A DNA stretch of 34,595 nt from Octopus bimaculoides. Its lineage: Eukaryota. The notes beneath the pieces were generated by a model, which was given only the letters and a program-made list of their open reading frames with translations, was not told the DNA's origin and did not search any database. The DNA lies in contig NC_068991.1 of NCBI RefSeq assembly GCF_001194135.2, forward strand, positions 65,911,384 to 65,945,978. Direction: 5' to 3'. This document shows, one piece after another, positions 31,780 to 34,595 of the stretch; position 1 is the first letter of the stretch; each line of letters begins with the position of its first letter. The position numbers were made by a program, and so were the translations under genes.

Positions 31780-31990
31780 CATAAATCCGAAAAAGTCTGA
31801 AGAAATGTATGGACGTCAACTCCATAGACCGGCTCTGTACCTAATATATAAATATGTGTGTGTGTGTGTGTGTTTGTGTATACATACATACATATATATA
31901 TATACATATATATTATATAAATATGTGTATGCATATATGTGTATATAAAATTGTGTGTATAGGGATAGTTGATGCATACATATATAGGTG
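31160..31990. repeat. Intronic GT/GA/ACAT/TA microsatellite cluster
   Basis: Directly visible, interspersed with short unique sequence. Confidence 0.9.
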
Positions 31991-33248
31991 TGTGTACACA
32001 CGCACGCGCACACTGACAAGGATTTTCCTAATCTTTTTTCCCTTCCTGCCTTATGTTCGCATTTATTGCCCAAATCTGTTAATCTCATAAGCGCCCTCCT
32101 CTAATCTCCCACCCACGCCTGATTCCCGCCAAAGTCTCAGTGAGATTCTTCAATTTAACTTCACCAGAAGAACTATCATAATCAGCAGTGTTAAAACACA
32201 TCATGATATTTGGGTTACTCTTCATCATCAGGGAACTCCGTAAATATTCGCTTCTGGTCCGTTCAGACTCTCATTAAAACAAGTTCTAGAAGTTTGACAC
32301 GAGATTTGGCAGATCAGTTGTTGTTGGCACTCCTACAGGGAGTGCAAAACATCGTGTTAACTGGAACGACTCATGTACTGAAAAGAGCATTATCGCTGTG
32401 AAAACGACATCCATTCATGAATTTATTTATATATCAATTTTTTATTAACATTTACTCGCACCACTCTCGCCACTTTCATTCACCTGTCAGAAAACTGGTT
32501 AGAAGACAACATTTCCGTCTCTACCATCATTTTCCTTTTCAAGTGAAACTTGAAGAAGTTCATCAGGGATTGGCCAAAGAGAAAAGTGTTTGTCTTCAGT
32601 CCCTTCAATCTCGTCCACCTTACAACCTCTTTCACCATGGCCACCAGGCATATAAACACAGCCTTTTCTTCCCGTTAAAGGAAGGTGGGGCGATCTTCAC
32701 GATGGATTCAGTTGACAGCCGGATCCGTCCCACACGCGACAGCAGGTGTTCGACATAAACCCGCAGGTCAGCAATGCTCGGGCACTGGCCGAGTGCATGC
32801 AGGACCGTTTCGTTGTCCTGTGCGCATCTCGGACTTGCTCGGCAGACAGCACTTTCGTGCCTGTAAAGTTTATCTCGATCAGGCAAAACTCCCATGTAGC
32901 ACTGCCAGGTCAGAGATTTTTGGAAATTATCCATCTGTCCCGGGCCGAAAGTTCTCCGGAAAAGAGTGGCTAGTTGATCTTCTTCGACTCCCGAGGTCTC
33001 CCCAAGGACGTNNNNNNNNNNNNNNNNNNNNNNNNNNNNNNNNNNNNNNNNNNNNNNNNNNNNNNNNNNNNNNNNNNNNNNNNNNNNNNNNNNNNNNNNN
33101 NNNNNNNNNNNNNNNNNNNNNNNNNNNNNNNNNNNNNNNNNNNNNNNNNNNNNNNNNNNNNCAAATGCTCCCCCTCGGTCTCTATTTTATTCAGAACTGC
33201 AATTTCGTTACAGAAACTAGTTGCGGAAATACGTGTCTTGCGAACGGC

Positions 33249-33392
33249 GACCACACCTCTTCACCGTCAAGGAAGCACTGGAGATGTAGCCTCAGTGCAT
33301 GTCTGCGCATCATCAACTACGACCACACCTCTTCACCGACAAGGAAGCACTGGAGATGTAGCCTCAGTGCATGTCTGCGCATCATCAACTAC
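33249..33392. repeat. 72-bp tandem duplication within the Tx1-like LINE
   Basis: Units start at 33249 and 33321 and differ by one base (gtcaagg / gacaagg). Confidence 0.95.
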
Positions 33393-34520
33393 GGCATGCC
33401 CAGGCCACCAGGCAGTGGGTGCTGACCGCAGAAAGACCGCCTGACCATCAGGACGCGTCCCTTCCACAAGGAGCGGAAGAGTATACGCTTCATCGTAATC
33501 AGACGCTGGCCAGGACAAGACACGACAGTCAAGCAATAGTAGATGACGGACGCGTTAGTAGATGATATACGCGTTAACCACCTCTGGCCCACCTTTCAGG
33601 GATAGCTTTCTCTCGGACCATTTCTGGGTCACCTCGTCCCAGATTTTGCCCATCTGGAAGTCCATACCAAACCAGACCCCGAGCAATTTAACCGGGCCGG
33701 ACGTCCAGCGCCAACAACGCAGTTGGACGGCATGGACTTGCTTCTCTAGGTGCCGAGCCTCAAGACCACTGATTTTTTTCGGGTTAATTGCCGCTCCTGA
33801 AATCGCCTCGTAGTCTCTGAGAGCGGTACCGATCATTTCTATGTGTTTATGATCCGACACCACTACGATAGTGTCATCGGCATATGCTGATACGCATCTC
33901 CCACATGCTAGGTCACAAACTCGCAACGCCCCCAGTTTGTATAGTAATGGCTCGAGAGTCAGTACATACAAGAGAGACGAAAGGGGGCAACCCTGCCGGA
34001 CCGAGCGCATGATGTTGAACGGCTCTGATAGGTGACCGTTCACTTTGACCACTGAACAGATGTCGCTGTGCATTACAGCGATCCAGCCCCTGAATACAGC
34101 CCCGAAATCGCTGCCTTGAGGACCGCCGCCAGGTATAGATGGTCGACATTATCGAAAGCTTTAGACTGATCTAAATTGATCAAGGCCCCACTCGTGCTAG
34201 GTTCGTTAGCCACTTTCTCAATGGTGTATCACATGAGGTGGAGGTTGTGGATGGATCTTTTCGGGATGGCACATGTCTATGCCTCCCCTACCAGATCCCC
34301 GACGACAAGCGCCAACCTCGTAGCTAACACCTTGGCCAAAATTTTTAACGCTGCATTCAGAAGAGTTATGGGCCTAAAGTGGTCAATACAATACCCCTTG
34401 TTTGGGTCTTTTCTCAACAACGTCACCGTTCCTTGGCTCATAAAACTGGGAATCTCCCAGTTTGTTACCAGTTGCAGGAAACATTTGCTAAGCGGTCGCC
34501 GATCAAGTCTGGCATGTAAG

Positions 34521-34573
34521 CTTGTAGGGCAAATCATCTTGTAGGGCAAATCATAACTTGTAGGGCAAACCAT
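34521..34573. repeat. 17-bp triplication (cttgtagggcaaatcat) within the Tx1-like LINE
   Basis: Three copies, at 34521, 34538 and 34557. Confidence 0.9.
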
Positions 34574-34595
34574 CCAAACCAAGCGGTTTACCCCT

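Larger units (their letters stand above)
32440..34595 (-). mobile_element. Tx1/L1-clade LINE ORF2 (RT + zinc knuckle), disrupted, running off the window end
   Basis: DGLPY; FRPITLLNAALKILAKVLATRL; LDQSKAFDNVDH; SVRQGCPLSSLLYVLTLEPLL; SAYADDTIV; GGLGMP; PRCAQDNETVLHALGQC. Multiple stops and frameshifts. Confidence 0.93.

Noticed and set aside
32141-32181. Possible K2P exon 2 (ag|..VRFFNLTSPEELS)
   Set aside because: Phase is compatible, but there is no cap cysteine, the acceptor is weak, and an in-frame TAA occurs at 32179 with no donor or pore sequence.

Overview
AT-rich eukaryotic genomic DNA from a gapped draft assembly: 11 N-runs, most flanked by microsatellites. The SINE repertoire resembles that of octopods, so the source is probably an Octopus genome (inferred from remembered repeat families, not from a search). 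Most of the window is fossil repeats: three intermixed tRNA-derived SINE families; non-LTR fragments (two R4/Dong-like, HERO-like, RTE-like, Tx1-like in two copies, Penelope-like); DNA transposon relics (three hAT/Buster with TSDs, Tc1, mariner, Tigger/pogo); MITEs; Helitron-like elements; and microsatellites. Only one host coding segment is supportable: the first coding exon of a two-pore-domain (K2P/KCNK-family) potassium channel at 30996-31137 (+), followed by an intron holding an antisense Tx1-like LINE. No tRNA, rRNA or CRISPR locus is present, and most ORFs in the supplied track are microsatellite or N artefacts. I found no clearly novel system. The best leads are: two minimal hammerhead-ribozyme-like motifs; a MITE family whose copies share a body but carry different self-matching TIRs, one with a 40-bp telomeric palindrome at its centre; a local Helitron+SINE duplication with an internal inversion; and an internally inverted Penelope copy.
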